Source: Candidatus Methanomethylophilaceae archaeon (GTDB taxonomy: Archaea; Thermoplasmatota; Thermoplasmata; Methanomassiliicoccales; Methanomethylophilaceae). Taken from it: a stretch of DNA of 64,000 nt. The notes beneath the pieces were generated by a model. It worked only from the letters and a program-made list of their open reading frames with translations. It was not told where the DNA came from and ran no database searches. The position numbers and the translations under genes are program-made. Shown piece after piece: positions 62,433-64,000 of the stretch. How positions within the stretch are numbered: position 1 is the stretch's first letter; each line of letters opens with the position of its first letter. Location of the stretch: the NCBI GenBank assembly GCA_944320495.1, contig CALUHR010000005.1, forward strand, positions 1 to 64,000, given 5' to 3'.

Positions 62433-62497
62433 TTAGGACATCCTAAACTGCGTATATAAGATTTAGGCTCAACTAATAAAATCAAATCGAGCCTAAA
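62433..62497. promoter_or_regulatory. DtxR/IdeR-like operator array over a divergent promoter
   Basis: TTAGGAcaTCCTAA (62433-46), TTAGGctcaACTAA (62463-76) and GAGCCTAAA (62489-97) flank TATATAA (62453-59). Confidence 0.6.
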
Positions 62498-62511
62498 ACA
62501 TCGCAAAGGAA

Positions 62512-63237
62512 ATGTCCGGGACGATGCATGCGGGTGCCATGGGATTCGCCGACGCGCACCTCCACCCGCTCGAGATCGCGGACAGCGGAGCGTATCCGGA
62601 CCTCGGGGAGGCGGAGGTCCTCTTCGGGTGCGTGTCATCGTCATCGCAGTGGGACGCCATGTCCTCCTTCGAGGACAGCAGGATCAGGCGCTTCTACGGC
62701 GTGCATCCGTGGAACGCGTCGGAATGGTCCGCGGACGCGTGCGCGAGGCTGGAATCCATCCTCGAGGATGATGAGAGAGCGGGTATCGGCGAGATAGGTC
62801 TCGACTCGAAGCACGGGACGACGGAAGAGCAGGCGGAGGCCTTCGACGCCCAGCTCGCGCTGGCCGAGAGGTTCGGAAGGCTGGTGAACATCCACTGCGT
62901 CGGATGCGAGAGGGAGGTCCTGGAGCATCTGGAGCGCCACAGACGCATACCCGGAATCGTGATCCATTCCTTCTCGAACGAGAGCTACACGGTCCCGTTC
63001 GTCAGGCTGGGATGCCATCTGTCGGTGAACCCGCGCATATTGGCGCGGTCCGAGGTACGCATCAGGAAGCTGATGGATTCCATCCCAGGGGACAGGCTCC
63101 TCCTGGAGTCGGATGCTCCTTTCACCCCGCGCTTCACCGGAATGATGGATTTCGCCGAGAGACTAGCCGGAGCAATCGGAAGCGACGCGGGGACCCTTCT
63201 GGGCGCGGCGCTGGACAACGCGAGGTCGATTTCATGA
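62512..63237 (+). CDS. tatD: TatD-family nuclease
   Basis: DAHLH, GVHPW, IGEIGLD, NIHC, IHSF, LLESDAP. Confidence 0.92.
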   Translation: MSGTMHAGAMGFADAHLHPLEIADSGAYPDLGEAEVLFGCVSSSSQWDAMSSFEDSRIRRFYGVHPWNASEWSADACARLESILEDDERAGIGEIGLDSKHGTTEEQAEAFDAQLALAERFGRLVNIHCVGCEREVLEHLERHRRIPGIVIHSFSNESYTVPFVRLGCHLSVNPRILARSEVRIRKLMDSIPGDRLLLESDAPFTPRFTGMMDFAERLAGAIGSDAGTLLGAALDNARSIS

Positions 63238-63938
63238 ACGGGATGAACGACAGGACCGGGCTGATACTCGGAGAGGATGGACTCGAGAGGCTGAGGGACG
63301 CGCATGTCGTCCTCGCGGGTGCCGGAGCCGTCGGAGGATACGCGCTGGAGGGGCTCGTCAGGGCCGGCGTCGGGCACATCCGCGTGGTGGACGCCGACGT
63401 GTTCTCTGAGAGCAACCTCAACCGCCAGATCCTCGCCACCGTTGACACCATCGGGAGGCCCAAGTCGGAGGTGGCCTGCGAGCGCGCCAGGTCGATCAAT
63501 CCCGATGTGGACATCGAGGGGCTCCCGCTACTGGTCTCCGAGGAGACGATCCCCGAGATCCTGGATGGCTGCGAGGTCCTCGTGGACGCCATCGACACCG
63601 TCCGCCACAAGACGGCGCTCATACGCGCCGCGGTGGAGATGGGGATCCACGTCTACTCGTCGATGGGCGCGGCGCTGCACACCGACCCGCTGGCGGTGCG
63701 CATCGACACGCTGAAGAGGACGTCCGTGTGCCCGGTGGCCTCCGCGGTCAGGAAGGCACTGAGGGACATGGACACGTCCGACGTGACGTGCGTGTACTCG
63801 GTGGAGCCGCCGGTGACAGTCCCCACGGAGAGGGACGGGCACGGGAAGAGCGTGCTCGGCTCCCTGCCCACAATCCCGGCGGTGTTCGGGATGACGCTGG
63901 CGAACTGCGCCGTGATGAGGATCGCCATCGACAGTCGA
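63234..63938 (+). CDS. ThiF/TcdA-like (tRNA threonylcarbamoyladenosine dehydratase family) protein
   Basis: GAGAVGG, DADVFSESNLNRQ, DAIDT, SSMGAA, TSVCPVA; CGA 63936-63938 after RIAIDS; standard-code end 63965. Confidence 0.9.
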
Positions 63939-64000
63939 ACGATATCTTTCGCTCCAAAGTCATGAGTCCGTCTCACGGACATATTCATCAAAGGTCATCC

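Noticed and set aside
1-64000. CRISPR arrays, rRNA genes, transposases
   Set aside because: No regularly spaced direct repeats, rRNA signature sequences or DDE/HUH transposase motifs found by eye.

Overview
Genomic DNA of a GC-rich methanogenic archaeon. The mcrG-mcrA-DUF2098 order, with mcrC relocated into an atwA-mmp3/6/5/15/17/7 operon, points to Methanomassiliicoccales (inference). The window holds about 64 CDS: the end of the mcr operon, the MCR-activation gene set, ycaO, housekeeping genes (hef-like helicase, lig, rpoL, truD, tmk, rnz, rpe, fen, tatD), a cbiM(N)QOO transporter, MFS/MarR and ABC transporters, two surface proteins and an orphan integrase. It also has the RNase P RNA, tRNA-Gly(TCC) and one frameshifted gene. 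Main discovery: CGA (normally Arg) behaves as a termination codon. In 19 genes the first in-frame CGA sits at the homology- or context-predicted C-terminus. Examples are directly after the Fen1 PIP box, back-to-back CGA|TCG at convergent gene junctions, and CGATG stop/start couplings. A manual pass found no internal in-frame CGA in any gene, and no gene ends in TAG. Affected CDS coordinates below end at the CGA; the supplied ORF track (standard code) over-extends them. The mechanism (reassignment, C-to-U editing, or an unassigned codon with ribosome rescue) cannot be resolved from sequence alone.
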